This document shows, piece after piece, positions 41,992 to 52,717 of a stretch of 64,000 bases of DNA (positions are counted from its first letter, which is position 1; each line of letters begins with the position of its first letter). The notes under the pieces were generated by a model that ran no database searches, was not told where the DNA came from, and saw nothing but the letters and a program-made list of their open reading frames with translations. Location of the stretch: positions 1,920,001 through 1,984,000 of the forward strand of contig OZ219753.1 in assembly GCA_964291315.2 (NCBI GenBank), written 5' to 3'. Position numbers and translations under genes: made by a program. The DNA is from Candidatus Poribacteria bacterium. GTDB lineage: Bacteria > Poribacteria > WGA-4E > WGA-3G.

Positions 41992-44673
41992 ATGAAGTTT
42001 ATACCGCAGCGGCCCGCACTCTATTTTCTGATTCCATACCTGCTTGGAATTGTTGCCGGTAGATGGTCGGCTATTCCGTTCCTCTGGCTCTGGCTCTCCA
42101 TCCTCTTCAGTTTTATCGGTAGCATTGCGACGAGAAACCGGAGACGTTGTCTCTCTTATGTACTGCTTCATCTCGCTGTTTTCGCAGGCGGTATGCTACG
42201 TTTCGAAACGGCCGCTGTCTCGCCAATCCCCAACCACTTTTACGATGAACCCATCAGTTTTTCAGGGACCACCACTTACCAACCCGAACGCGGCACAGAG
42301 TGGGCAGAATGTTATGCAGTTGGCAAACTTCAGCTCTTATCGGATCCGTCGCAGCAGGTGAAGGCGAAGGTTTTGATCAGGTTCCAAGAATTAGTGCCGC
42401 TCCGCTACGGTAAACAGATAACCCTCACCGGCGTTCTCCGAGAACCACACGGCAAACGGAACCCAGGCGGGTTCGATTACAAAGATTACCTCGCAAGACA
42501 GAAAGTCACCGGCATCCTCAACGTCATAGGACTTCTACGGATAGGCGAACAAGGCGGACTCCCGCCCTTGCGTTGGATAGAGACGCTCAGAATCCAAACG
42601 GAACACGTTATAGATCGCATCTATCAACGCTCTCAACTGCACGTCGAACTACTTAAAGGCATTTTACTCGGCAAACGGAGCGACATACCCTCAGAAACCT
42701 TGGAAGCCTTCCGCAATAGTGGAACAGTTCATGTGCTCGCTGTCTCCGGGCTACACGTCGGACTCGTCGCCCTGTTCTGTTACTTCGGTCTCTCAAGATT
42801 CCGATTACCACCCAAAATTCTCTACCTACTCACAATTGTGGCAGTCTTGATTTACGCCTGTCTCATCGGTTTCCGCCCCTCAGTTTTTCGCGCCGCGTTG
42901 CTCACAGTTCTGTTCTTCTTCGCGAAAATTATAGACCGGGACACCGATCTTTACAATCTGTTAGCGTTTTCTGCGTTGGCACTCCTTCTTTTCAACCCGC
43001 TGCACCTATTTGATGTCGGCTTTCAATTGTCCTTCACAGCAGTCCTCTCCATTGTGTACTTCGTCCCGAAAATGGAAAAACCGTTCCAGCACTTCTGGAA
43101 AGAGACAGAACTAGCATCCGAAGGGGTTCTCGCCCTTCTCGCAAAATTGCGAAACGCAACCGTTAAACGGCTAATACTCTCATATAACGCTGCTCTTTAC
43201 AATCTGTTAGCGTTTTCTGCGTTGGCACTCCTTCTTTTCAACCCGCTGCACCTATTTGATGTCGGGCTTCACTCGTCCTTCACAGCAGTCCTCTCTATTG
43301 TGTACTTCGCCCCGAAAATGGAGAAAATGTTGCAGCACCCATGGCAAGAGACAGAGCAAACGTCCAAAGTGGTTCTCGCCCTTCTCACAAAGTTGCGAAA
43401 CACAACCCTTAAATGGCTAATACTCTCTTATCTCGTGACGTTCGCAGCGCAAATTGGAACGGCACCCGTGATCGCCTATTTCTTTTTCCGCACGTACCCA
43501 TTGGGTATCGTCGTCGGCCCCTTTGCAGTTGGCCTCGTATCGATCATTGTTGCTATCGGGATCGGATCAGTGTGTATCGGTCTAGGATGGATTCCGCTCG
43601 CGAAGCTCCTCGCCCCCTTCAACCACGTTGTTATCTCTATTTTCTTGGCACTCATCGGGAGCTTTGCACAAGCATCCGGGGTCGTGAAAATAGCACCCCC
43701 GACATTTGGAGACTTTGTCCTCTACATCGCGGTCTGTTTAGGGTTAGCACATTGGCGACAGATCCGTCAGCACCGCCGAATCGCAAGCCTCATTGGACTC
43801 TCCGTTCTAGCAATTTGGGTTTGGGATGCTGCTCTTCACGAGAGGGGCAGGCTGCTTGAAGTCATAACGCTCGACGTCGGGCAAGGCGATGCCACTGTCG
43901 TCCGGTTCCCTGACAACCGGACAATGCTAATAGACGGCGGCATCCGGCGCATCTATTACGACGAGCGCAAACAGAAAACAGTCAACTATGACGTGGGCAA
44001 ACGAATTATTGAACCATATCTCGATTACCACGGCATCCGAAAACTCGACATGGTCGTACTCACACACCCCGACATCGACCACGGCGGCGGACTCGAATAT
44101 ATTTTAGAGCACTTTGAAGTCTCACGGCTCCTCGGCATATCCGATATGCCGATCGATTCTCAAACGCATCAGAACCTCCGCGCAATCGCCAAAGCCCGCA
44201 ACATCCCTTATGCGTTCCCTTATGCCGGAGAGATTCCGCTAACGCCGACAGCTACATTAAATTTGCTCCATCCTATAGACGCAGAATCTACCAACCTATC
44301 GGATAAAGACAAAAATGACGATTCCCTCGTCATCAAACTCTCCTACGGTGAGGTGGACGTTCTCTTTACAGGAGACATCGGCAAAAGCGCGGAAGCCCGA
44401 CTCATCGCCTCCGGACAGAATCTGCGATCAGAAATTCTCAAGGTCCCACACCACGGAAGTCGAACATCGAGCAGCGCCGCCTTCTTAGACGCTGTCCAGC
44501 CCCGCCACGCTATCATTTCGCTCGGCAAAGGAAATCGATATCAGCTCCCGCACCCTGAGGTAGTAGCCCGGTATCAGGAACGCAACTGCCAACTCTGGCG
44601 AACGGACGAAGCCGCATCGATTACCCTCCGCACCGATGGAGCTCGTTGTTGGATCGACGGCTTAAAGCAGTAG
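41992..44673 (+). CDS. comEC: ComEC/Rec2 DNA uptake channel with an internal duplication
   Basis: NPGGFDY, HVLAVSGLHV, DVGQGD, THPDIDHGGG, KVPHHGS. Confidence 0.93.
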   Translation: MKFIPQRPALYFLIPYLLGIVAGRWSAIPFLWLWLSILFSFIGSIATRNRRRCLSYVLLHLAVFAGGMLRFETAAVSPIPNHFYDEPISFSGTTTYQPERGTEWAECYAVGKLQLLSDPSQQVKAKVLIRFQELVPLRYGKQITLTGVLREPHGKRNPGGFDYKDYLARQKVTGILNVIGLLRIGEQGGLPPLRWIETLRIQTEHVIDRIYQRSQLHVELLKGILLGKRSDIPSETLEAFRNSGTVHVLAVSGLHVGLVALFCYFGLSRFRLPPKILYLLTIVAVLIYACLIGFRPSVFRAALLTVLFFFAKIIDRDTDLYNLLAFSALALLLFNPLHLFDVGFQLSFTAVLSIVYFVPKMEKPFQHFWKETELASEGVLALLAKLRNATVKRLILSYNAALYNLLAFSALALLLFNPLHLFDVGLHSSFTAVLSIVYFAPKMEKMLQHPWQETEQTSKVVLALLTKLRNTTLKWLILSYLVTFAAQIGTAPVIAYFFFRTYPLGIVVGPFAVGLVSIIVAIGIGSVCIGLGWIPLAKLLAPFNHVVISIFLALIGSFAQASGVVKIAPPTFGDFVLYIAVCLGLAHWRQIRQHRRIASLIGLSVLAIWVWDAALHERGRLLEVITLDVGQGDATVVRFPDNRTMLIDGGIRRIYYDERKQKTVNYDVGKRIIEPYLDYHGIRKLDMVVLTHPDIDHGGGLEYILEHFEVSRLLGISDMPIDSQTHQNLRAIAKARNIPYAFPYAGEIPLTPTATLNLLHPIDAESTNLSDKDKNDDSLVIKLSYGEVDVLFTGDIGKSAEARLIASGQNLRSEILKVPHHGSRTSSSAAFLDAVQPRHAIISLGKGNRYQLPHPEVVARYQERNCQLWRTDEAASITLRTDGARCWIDGLKQ
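42949..43430 (+). repeat. In-frame 246-bp tandem duplication inside comEC
   Basis: CTTTACAATCTGTTAGCG... occurs at 42949 and 43195. Confidence 0.9.
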
Positions 44674-44701
44674 ACACATCAGACATATCACAAAAAGCCG
44701 T

Positions 44702-45793
44702 CTATAACGACGGGGCTATAGCAATACGCGGTGACTTCTGATTCATCGCATCCATAAAAGCAGTGTTGATCTCTCCTAACGGATACGTCTTTCCGATCAG
44801 CTCCCCGAACGGGTAGCGTGTACGGACCTCTTCCACAAAACCGAGCGCCTTCCCAAGGGCGGTATGATGATAGTTATGAACGCCTCGAAACGTTATGCAT
44901 TTTGTGACAATCTGGTGGGCATCAACAGAGATATGGGCGTTCGGATAGACATAGCCAAGTGTCAAACAGCGCCCACCGATCCCTAACCATGTTATCAGGC
45001 TCGGGATCCCAATTGTCGCACCGCTGACTTCTACGCCGAGATCCGCGCCCCGGCCGGCCGTAAGCTCTTTCAAAACCGCATCTATCTCGGCAACGGAGGT
45101 CTCGTCTGGATTGAAGGTGTGTGTCGCGCCGAACTGCTTAGCAATCTGTAAACGTTCGTCGTTGGTATCTACAACTGCCACACGCGTGTATCCATTTTCA
45201 CGGAGATAGCATGCCGCATAGATACCGAGCATACCAGCTCCATGAATCACTGCTGTCTCGCCTGATTGGACACCGATAGCCGTCAAACCGTTTACCACAG
45301 TTGCAAGCGCACAGTTGACAGGAACAGCCTCTCTGTCCGTCACTGCATCCGGGATACGATAGACGGCTGTCCCCGGGCGCAATAGGATATGCGTAGCAAA
45401 ACCGCCCGATAAGGCAGAAGCCCCCTCACTACGCCCATGGCCATATTTGAACATCGTCTCACACTTCTGTGGTAGGTTCCGATCAACACAGTAATAGCAC
45501 GCACCACAAGCAGTTGTGAGACTCCACGTAACCCGATCCCCTTCCTTTAGCTTGCCCCCGGTTGCAGAACTGAGATTCGTCGGGGCCGCAACCGTCCCAA
45601 CCACCTCATGTCCGAGCACACACGGTGTATCGGCACCGCGGCGACCCAGAAAAGTGTGAAGATCGGAACCACAGATAGTTGCAAGCGAAACCCGGACAAC
45701 AACATCGTTCGCGGTGGCAGCGACAGATACCTCACTCGCCTTAAAAGGCACGCCTGCCCCGTGAAAATGTAGAACCTTGGCAGATATTGGCAT
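44702..45793 (-). CDS. Zn-dependent alcohol dehydrogenase (resembles the phosphonate-catabolism-associated ADH family)
   Basis: ICGSD, LGHE, CGACYYC..LPQKC, GAGMLG. Confidence 0.8.
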   Translation of the reverse strand: MPISAKVLHFHGAGVPFKASEVSVAATANDVVVRVSLATICGSDLHTFLGRRGADTPCVLGHEVVGTVAAPTNLSSATGGKLKEGDRVTWSLTTACGACYYCVDRNLPQKCETMFKYGHGRSEGASALSGGFATHILLRPGTAVYRIPDAVTDREAVPVNCALATVVNGLTAIGVQSGETAVIHGAGMLGIYAACYLRENGYTRVAVVDTNDERLQIAKQFGATHTFNPDETSVAEIDAVLKELTAGRGADLGVEVSGATIGIPSLITWLGIGGRCLTLGYVYPNAHISVDAHQIVTKCITFRGVHNYHHTALGKALGFVEEVRTRYPFGELIGKTYPLGEINTAFMDAMNQKSPRIAIAPSL

Positions 45794-46035
45794 TATGTTA
45801 ATATCCCTTTTATGACGATCAGTCATCGAAAACCATCAACAATTGATTGGTGTCTCTTAGAACGTTTATAATACCCACAACGCCTCCTGATCCCTAAAAA
45901 TAGAGCACAACGAAACGACCTGACAGCTGAAACTGATCGCTAATAATCACTTTTAATTTGACAAACAGAGACGCTTCACGTATCATATATTACATTACAC
46001 ACTATTCGGAAAACATAGAGGACAAAACGAAAAAC

Positions 46036-46911
46036 ATGAACAGAACTGCCGAGGTGCTTATCGAAGCCTTGCCTTATATCCGCCGGTTCTACGATCGGCG
46101 GATCGTTATCAAATATGGCGGTGCCGCTATGGAGGACGAGGAACTGATCCACTCCGTCATGCAGGACATCGTTTTAATGAAATACGTCGGCATCCGGCCA
46201 ATTATCGTCCACGGCGGTGGACCCCGAATCACAGCATGGATGGATAAACTCGGGAAAGCACCTGAATTTGTGCAAGGATTACGGGTAACCGACGCCGAAA
46301 CCGTCGAAATCGCTGAGATGGTACTCGGATCCATTAATAAAGAAATTGTGTCACGCATCAATCAGCACGGCGGAAAATCCATCGGACTCTCCGGAAAAGA
46401 TGCCAACCTCATTTTAGCCGAGAAACAGCAGACGCAAATCACCAATGAAAATGGACAACTGGTACACGTCGACTTAGGATACGTGGGGAAAATTATTGGA
46501 GTCAACACCGAAGCAATCATCGCACTCGACAAGGCGGATTATATACCTGTCCTCACACCCATCGGCGGGGGAGCCGATGGACAAACCTATAATATTAACG
46601 CCGATACGATGGCAGGCGAGGTCGGAGCAGCCTTCCAAGCCGAGAAATTGATCGTACTGACAGATACCCGCGGCATCCTCCGGGATCTATCGGATACCAC
46701 CTCCTTGATTCCGACGATCCGTCTGCAAGAGATAGATCAATTCATCAAGGAAGGTTTCATCGCAGGCGGTATGATCCCTAAGATAGAGGCTTGCACAACA
46801 GCACTTAAGGGCGGTGTCTATAAAACACACATCATTGACGGAAGGATTCCGCACTCTCTGCTGCTCGAGATTTTCACCGAGGGCGGTATCGGAACAGAGA
46901 TCGTTCGCTAG
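46036..46911 (+). CDS. argB: Acetylglutamate kinase
   Basis: VIKYGG, VHGGGP, NINAD, GGMIPK, LLLEIFT..GIGT. Confidence 0.95.
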   Translation: MNRTAEVLIEALPYIRRFYDRRIVIKYGGAAMEDEELIHSVMQDIVLMKYVGIRPIIVHGGGPRITAWMDKLGKAPEFVQGLRVTDAETVEIAEMVLGSINKEIVSRINQHGGKSIGLSGKDANLILAEKQQTQITNENGQLVHVDLGYVGKIIGVNTEAIIALDKADYIPVLTPIGGGADGQTYNINADTMAGEVGAAFQAEKLIVLTDTRGILRDLSDTTSLIPTIRLQEIDQFIKEGFIAGGMIPKIEACTTALKGGVYKTHIIDGRIPHSLLLEIFTEGGIGTEIVR

Positions 46912-47011
46912 ATGTGGCAGAGGCAGTGGACAAAGCGGAAAAAACTTGCAGCAAACCTTACAGCCTATTTTCAGACGTATAGAAGCGCGGCTAGAAAACC
47001 GCGCTTAAACC

Positions 47012-48016
47012 CTAGCGCTCAGGACGCGCCGGGATCCCCGTTTCTGCAGATTCGTAGATCAGATCCATCAATTCAGATTGGATAATCCCATTTAGCGGAC
47101 TCGTACGAGACTCGGCTCTGCCTAAGATCGCGTCAATGAAATTATCATCCGGCGATCCAGCCGACATATCGTCCGTAATCGGCGGCGGATCTAACGCCTC
47201 ACCGCCTTTCCAGACCCGAATCCAGCCACCGCTCCAACCGTCAACTTCAATCCTGCCATTCTCAAAGACCAACGCCATGTGCGTCCCGCCCGGGCTTGGA
47301 CAATTGCCGCTCACCGCCATCGCAGCGAGAACACCATTTTCAAACTTGACATTAATCGAGGAGTTGATGTCCACTTCACGTCCCTGCTTATCTGTGTAAG
47401 CATAGACTTCAGCAACTTTCGACTCGACTGCCCAGCAGAGGCTATTCAGCAGGTGTGCCCCACTGTCATAAGCCTGGCCGCCGCCAGAAAGCTTCGGGTT
47501 CTGCCGCCACGTCCCTGTCGTGCCACCTTTCCAACCTTGCGTAATGTAGCCGATCACCAGCTCCAGCTTGCCAAACGCTCGGCTACGGATAACCTCGCGC
47601 GTATAATAGAAATTCGGCGTGCAGGGCGTGTTATAACCAATCGTGAGAGTCAACCCCGTCTCTTCCACTTTCTCTGCAAGAACGTACGCATCTTTAGAAG
47701 AGGTGACCATCGGTTTCTCCATTAAAACATGGCAACCCGCTTCAAGCGCCTGCATGCCCTGCTCAAAATGCAGGGTGTGCGGCGTAGAAATAACCACCGC
47801 GTCCGGAGAAGTCTCTTTAAGCAACCTACCGATGTCGTCATAAGCACCAGGACGCGGGCTCAGATCGGATAAGTTCCGATCAATATAGCCGTTGGCGATG
47901 TCTGTATTCACATCGCAGGTGCCGACAATTTGCACATCAGGGTTTGCATTCATTCTTCGGGCGTGCCCCGAGGAGTTTCCACCGCATCCAATCATGGCAA
48001 GTTGAATCTTCGCCAT
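47012..48016 (-). CDS. Gfo/Idh/MocA oxidoreductase
   Basis: IGCGG, TPHTLH, MEKP. Confidence 0.9.
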   Translation of the reverse strand: MAKIQLAMIGCGGNSSGHARRMNANPDVQIVGTCDVNTDIANGYIDRNLSDLSPRPGAYDDIGRLLKETSPDAVVISTPHTLHFEQGMQALEAGCHVLMEKPMVTSSKDAYVLAEKVEETGLTLTIGYNTPCTPNFYYTREVIRSRAFGKLELVIGYITQGWKGGTTGTWRQNPKLSGGGQAYDSGAHLLNSLCWAVESKVAEVYAYTDKQGREVDINSSINVKFENGVLAAMAVSGNCPSPGGTHMALVFENGRIEVDGWSGGWIRVWKGGEALDPPPITDDMSAGSPDDNFIDAILGRAESRTSPLNGIIQSELMDLIYESAETGIPARPER

Positions 48017-48057
48017 ATGTTCCTCCTTCTTGTCTCTTACTGTGTGTGCCCCGAATC

Positions 48058-48876
48058 CTAAACAACGGGGCTTTCATACCTAACATTTGATAGATCGGCA
48101 ACGCTGATCGCACCATCACCGAACACCCTCGTAAAAGTGTGTCCATGGTGCGACTTCGTTTCACCATGCATATAGCAGACGCTGAACGCCCGCCGTGGTA
48201 TGTCTGTATCGTTCGTCCCAGAACTATGGAGCATCCAATTGTGGAGCAAAACCACTTCCCCAGCCTGCAACTCCATCGGCTCCGGTGTCGCCTTCGCAAC
48301 GATGTCGTCAATCTGTTCCTGTGTCAGGAAACCCGAACCGTTTGAAGGATTAATAAGCCTTTTGTGTGATCTCGGAATGATGCGTACACAACCGTTCTCA
48401 ATCGTTGCGGGATCCAGAGCGGTGTAGACGGTAATCCGGGGGTCGCGATCGAGATCCCGCCATCTATCTTGATGCCATGTCAGCTGTGTTCCTTCATGTG
48501 CCGGTTTATTCATAAACATCGCTCGGAAACAAGCGACAGGCGTCACGGGGCCGTAGATCTCTGCACAGACCTCTTGAAAAATCGGTTTCTGCAAATACCC
48601 TAAAAAAATCGGATCCAGTTCCAGGTTCTGAATTTTCCGATACAGCAACGTCGGCCCCTTGTGTCCTTTGGACTGCGGCCCCGGTGAATTTTTCCCAGGC
48701 TCTCGGTCGAGCTGCATCATGATCTGCTCATAATCGAGCGGCGCCTTGCCGAGCATGATGTCGTCCATCCGCTGCTGAAGCTGGGCAAGTTCATCCTCGG
48801 TCGCAACCTGCCCGATACGGACATATCCATTTTCCCAAAAATGTTCCCACTGTTCGTCTGATATATTCTGCTCCAT
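48058..48876 (-). CDS. Phytanoyl-CoA dioxygenase (PhyH) family
   Basis: WHQD...H facial triad, ENGC. Confidence 0.88.
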   Translation of the reverse strand: MEQNISDEQWEHFWENGYVRIGQVATEDELAQLQQRMDDIMLGKAPLDYEQIMMQLDREPGKNSPGPQSKGHKGPTLLYRKIQNLELDPIFLGYLQKPIFQEVCAEIYGPVTPVACFRAMFMNKPAHEGTQLTWHQDRWRDLDRDPRITVYTALDPATIENGCVRIIPRSHKRLINPSNGSGFLTQEQIDDIVAKATPEPMELQAGEVVLLHNWMLHSSGTNDTDIPRRAFSVCYMHGETKSHHGHTFTRVFGDGAISVADLSNVRYESPVV

Positions 48877-48998
48877 GCTGAGCCTCCCCATCATCTCATG
48901 GTTGTGACCTTGAATTATAACACACATTTCAATAAGAAAAAAAGCAAATTCTGATCGCGCCACGCGCTCGGTTCGGACTCCCCTTACGAGCAGCTCGC

Positions 48999-49117
48999 CT
49001 AGACTGTGCGATAGCGCTTGCAGCATAACCTGTCAGTCTGTGCCATAGCACTTGTAGCATAGACTGTTAGTCTGTGCATATGCGATAGCGCTTGCAGCAT
49101 AAACTCTCAAGATATGC
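48999..49117 (+). repeat. Cluster of GTAG/GCAG-type REP palindromes
   Basis: GCAGCATAACCTGTCAGTCTGTGC, GTAGCATAGACTGTTAGTCTGTGC, GCAGCATAAAC.. Confidence 0.7.
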
Positions 49118-49264
49118 AAGTTTCCTCTTACCCAAAGCCGAACCAAACAATCACCAAACCCACGCTATTGTAGATCGCCCCGAAACATAGACACAATAAC
49201 AGAAGCCAGAAGTCATTCGGAAGGCGCACGTAGCTCCTGAGGATACCGCATCAACTTTCCATTT

Positions 49265-50638
49265 TTATCTAAGGATGTTAAGAGCCTTGTCAACGGTGGC
49301 TTTCACATCCGCATCGCCAGCTTTCTCAGCCAGCCTTCGCGCCGTGTAGAGGTCCTGTTTCGCCTCTGCCTCTCTATTTAGTCTCACCTTGCTTACTGCG
49401 CGGTTGTAGTATGCTATTGCGTAATCGGGTTTTATGCGTATAGCCGCATCGTAGTCAGCAATCGCAGAAAAGTGCTGACCAAGTTTAGCCTTCGCTATTC
49501 CACGGCTGACGTATGCGTATGCGTCATCAGGTTCTATGCGTATAGCCGCATCGTAGTCAGCAATCGCAGAAAAATGCCGACCCAGGGCAGCCTTCGCATC
49601 TCCACGCCAGAGGTATGCGTATGCGTCATCAGGTTCTATGCGTATAGCCGCATCGTAGTCAGCAATCGCAGAAAAGTGCTGACCGAGGAGATGCTTCACG
49701 AATCCACGTTGGACGTATATGAATGCGTAATCGGGTTTCATGTGTATAGCGGTATCGTAATCAGCAATGGCGGCAGAATATCGGCCAATATTGTACTTTG
49801 CCATTCCACGTCTGATATATGCGTATTCGTTCTCGGGCTCTATGATTATAGACAAGTTGTAAAGGGCAATTGCCGCGGCATAGTCTCCTAGCTCGACCTG
49901 TTGATTGCCTCTTATCAAGTAGGTCTCCGCGGATATCCCGGAACTGGCACTCGACAAAGGTTTCACTGGGCCTGTCTTCGCAAGGAGCCGCCTGAGGTAC
50001 TTGGAGGGAATCGCAAAGTTGAGATTCTGGCCACCTTCTAGGGTCATGAATGAAACCCCGATCACCTCACCGCGCGCATTCACAACCGGGCCGCCGCTAC
50101 TCCCCGGGGAGATAGGGGCGGTCATCTGAAAACGCGTTTTGGCAGCACCCCCGCGTCTGCTGCTGATAAGCCCATCCGAGAACGTGCCTTCTAAACCCTT
50201 CGGGTTGCCACACACATAAACCGCATCCCCTATTCTCACGTTCTCGCTGTAACCGAGCGCGAGCGGTCTCATACCGGACGCTGTGATCTTTAACAGTGCA
50301 AGGTCGTTCGCCTCGTCCGTTGCCACGACCCCTTCGATGGTGTATTCCGTATATTTTCCGACCCGCGTTGCGGTGCCGCGCCTCGTGCCTTCGATGACGT
50401 GGTAGTTGGTCGCGATCAGGTTCCAGCGCACACAGAACCCGCTGCCGTAGCTGACAGTGGCACCGGTCGCGTCCTGCATCTCCAAGGAGACAGTGGAAGC
50501 GAGGACCTTGTCAGCAATCTCTGGTGTGGTTTGGGCAAGAGCAGGCGTTAAGGCTGTAGAGCAGATGAGCAATAGCACCGGTAGCCACGCTCGTAGGTAG
50601 ATGTTCGGACACCGTTTAGCTTGAGATCTGGTATTCAT
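49265..50638 (-). CDS. Trypsin-like serine protease with C-terminal TPR repeats
   Basis: ATNYHV / NDLALL / PGSSGGP catalytic triad; 34-aa TPRs encoded by near-identical 102-bp repeats. Confidence 0.9.
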   Translation of the reverse strand: MNTRSQAKRCPNIYLRAWLPVLLLICSTALTPALAQTTPEIADKVLASTVSLEMQDATGATVSYGSGFCVRWNLIATNYHVIEGTRRGTATRVGKYTEYTIEGVVATDEANDLALLKITASGMRPLALGYSENVRIGDAVYVCGNPKGLEGTFSDGLISSRRGGAAKTRFQMTAPISPGSSGGPVVNARGEVIGVSFMTLEGGQNLNFAIPSKYLRRLLAKTGPVKPLSSASSGISAETYLIRGNQQVELGDYAAAIALYNLSIIIEPENEYAYIRRGMAKYNIGRYSAAIADYDTAIHMKPDYAFIYVQRGFVKHLLGQHFSAIADYDAAIRIEPDDAYAYLWRGDAKAALGRHFSAIADYDAAIRIEPDDAYAYVSRGIAKAKLGQHFSAIADYDAAIRIKPDYAIAYYNRAVSKVRLNREAEAKQDLYTARRLAEKAGDADVKATVDKALNILR

Positions 50639-50925
50639 ACAATTTTCTCCGTTTGGGTCTCCTTGTATTAATGTGAGTGTGATAGATGGCACACTTTTTT
50701 CTTTCTCTAAAGAGAACAACTTTGGTATAATAACGCTGTTATATTTTCTCAAAAGAGGTTATCTCATGTGTATTATATCACTTTTCCGCAAAATAGACAA
50801 CTTTTTTCTTGCATCTGATGGTATAATAACCTATAAACGTGGACATACGAAAGCAGACCGATTCACCTCAAAACGCTTGCGATTTTAATAACCAATTGCA
50901 GGAGAAACCGAAACCCTTTAGAAAT

Positions 50926-51654
50926 ATGCGTACCCTTCAGTTATTAGTAATCTCCGTTCTGGTATTCACACAGGCGCTGTTGTTGAATTCAGAAGGGAGC
51001 AGCGATCAATTTACCTTCGTCCGATTGAAATACGGCGGAAAACTGACACGGCGGAGCAGCTGGAAAGTGGACTGGCCCGCCTCCGACCGGAATTTCATCT
51101 GGCAACTGCGCAAACAGACAAATATCGACGCTGCACCGCGCGAGAAGATTATCGACGTGGGTGCAGCCGAGCTGTTCGCCTATCCGTTCGCCTATATGCT
51201 AGAGGTCGGAAGTCTTAGACTCAATCAACATGAGGCAGCGAACCTCCGAGAATATCTGCTACGCGGCGGGTTTATCCTTATCGACGATTTTCACGGCGAG
51301 CGCGAGTGGAAACGGTTTTACACTGAATTTAAGAAAATTTTCCCAAAACGCGAACCCATAGATATCCCCATATCTCATCCCATCTTTCAATGCTTTTTCA
51401 AAGTTAACAAACTCATTCAGGTACCAGGCCTCCGTTCGCTCTTCAACGGACGCACCTATGAGCGATTCGACGGCCATCCCGCATACTGTCGTGGAGTCTA
51501 TGACGACAACGGGCGCCTCATGATGATGATTAACTTCAATACAGACCTAGGAGACGCGTGGGAACACGCCGCTGAACCCGCCTACCCGCGGGAATACTCC
51601 GATATGGCACTCAAAATGGGAATCAACGCAGTCATCTACGCCCTAACTCACTAA
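50926..51654 (+). CDS. DUF4159 domain protein
   Basis: LREYLLRGGF..DDF, HPIF, NTDLGDAWE, terminal YALTH. Confidence 0.75.
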   Translation: MRTLQLLVISVLVFTQALLLNSEGSSDQFTFVRLKYGGKLTRRSSWKVDWPASDRNFIWQLRKQTNIDAAPREKIIDVGAAELFAYPFAYMLEVGSLRLNQHEAANLREYLLRGGFILIDDFHGEREWKRFYTEFKKIFPKREPIDIPISHPIFQCFFKVNKLIQVPGLRSLFNGRTYERFDGHPAYCRGVYDDNGRLMMMINFNTDLGDAWEHAAEPAYPREYSDMALKMGINAVIYALTH

Positions 51655-51764
51655 GCCACATTCAGTTAAACTTTTCACGTCCGTCGATGTCTAAAACATA
51701 ACATTTTGGGGGACAGATTCCCGTATAAAACTCACCTACCCAAAATCACGGAGGGAATAAAAAT

Positions 51765-52538
51765 ATGCTGACGCGCAAGCAGAAGATACACTTTTATGAA
51801 AACGGCTATATCTCTATACCAGGGGTCGTGCCACGCTTGATGGTAGATGCAGCACGACAGTCAATCAATCATTCCATCGGGGCAGTAGGAATGCACCAAG
51901 GCGACTTAGAACGGTTCCGCGCACAATCCTACTGCAATGAAATTCGTGAGGCACCCGAGATCGTCGGTCTCTTCAACAGAACACCGGTCCACCAAATCGC
52001 TGAATCGTTGATGGGGGCAGGAAACGTCCAATCCCCCAAATCCGCTCAGATAGCACTCCGATTCCCCGCTCCATTACAAACAGACCCAAAAGAACCAGGC
52101 GGACATCTCGACGGACTCGGAAGCGGCACAAACGGCATGGCAAAAGGAATCTACCGACGCGGGTTTACCGCACTCGCCGTCGTGTATCTCGCAGACGTCC
52201 CAGAACCGTATAGCGGGAACTTCACCGTCTGGCCAAGATCGCACAGATTTTTCGCCGAATACTTCAAAAAGGAAGGACATGAGATATTAGAAAACGGGAT
52301 GCCGAGAACCAAGCTGCCCGAGGGACCGAAGCAAATCACCGGTAAAGCCGGAGATGTCGTCCTGACGCATCACCAGATCGTCCACTCAGCGGCACCAAAT
52401 GCAGCAGCAGATATCCGCTACGCTGTGATTTTCCGCCTGCGCCACATCGACTGTGAACAAAACGGCTATGACGCTTACACCGATATATGGCGAGAGTGGC
52501 CAGGAATCCAAGAAGTAATTGCCGGAAGCAACGCTTAA
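51765..52538 (+). CDS. PhyH-family dioxygenase
   Basis: HLD, GNFTVWPRSH, AGDVVLTH..VH. Confidence 0.8.
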   Translation: MLTRKQKIHFYENGYISIPGVVPRLMVDAARQSINHSIGAVGMHQGDLERFRAQSYCNEIREAPEIVGLFNRTPVHQIAESLMGAGNVQSPKSAQIALRFPAPLQTDPKEPGGHLDGLGSGTNGMAKGIYRRGFTALAVVYLADVPEPYSGNFTVWPRSHRFFAEYFKKEGHEILENGMPRTKLPEGPKQITGKAGDVVLTHHQIVHSAAPNAAADIRYAVIFRLRHIDCEQNGYDAYTDIWREWPGIQEVIAGSNA

Positions 52539-52717
52539 CCCGAGAAAATAAAAAGGGCGGTGCTGTGCACCGCCCACTACTTCCGCCTAATCTCCATAAG
52601 TACGTTTAACTTTTCCATCCAACCGAGCGACAAGAGGGGATCCCTTGTCATCCACAACATCGGTTTTTCCGAACCAGTCTTAATACAGATCAGCACCTCA
52701 CAAGAGCCACACCACGT

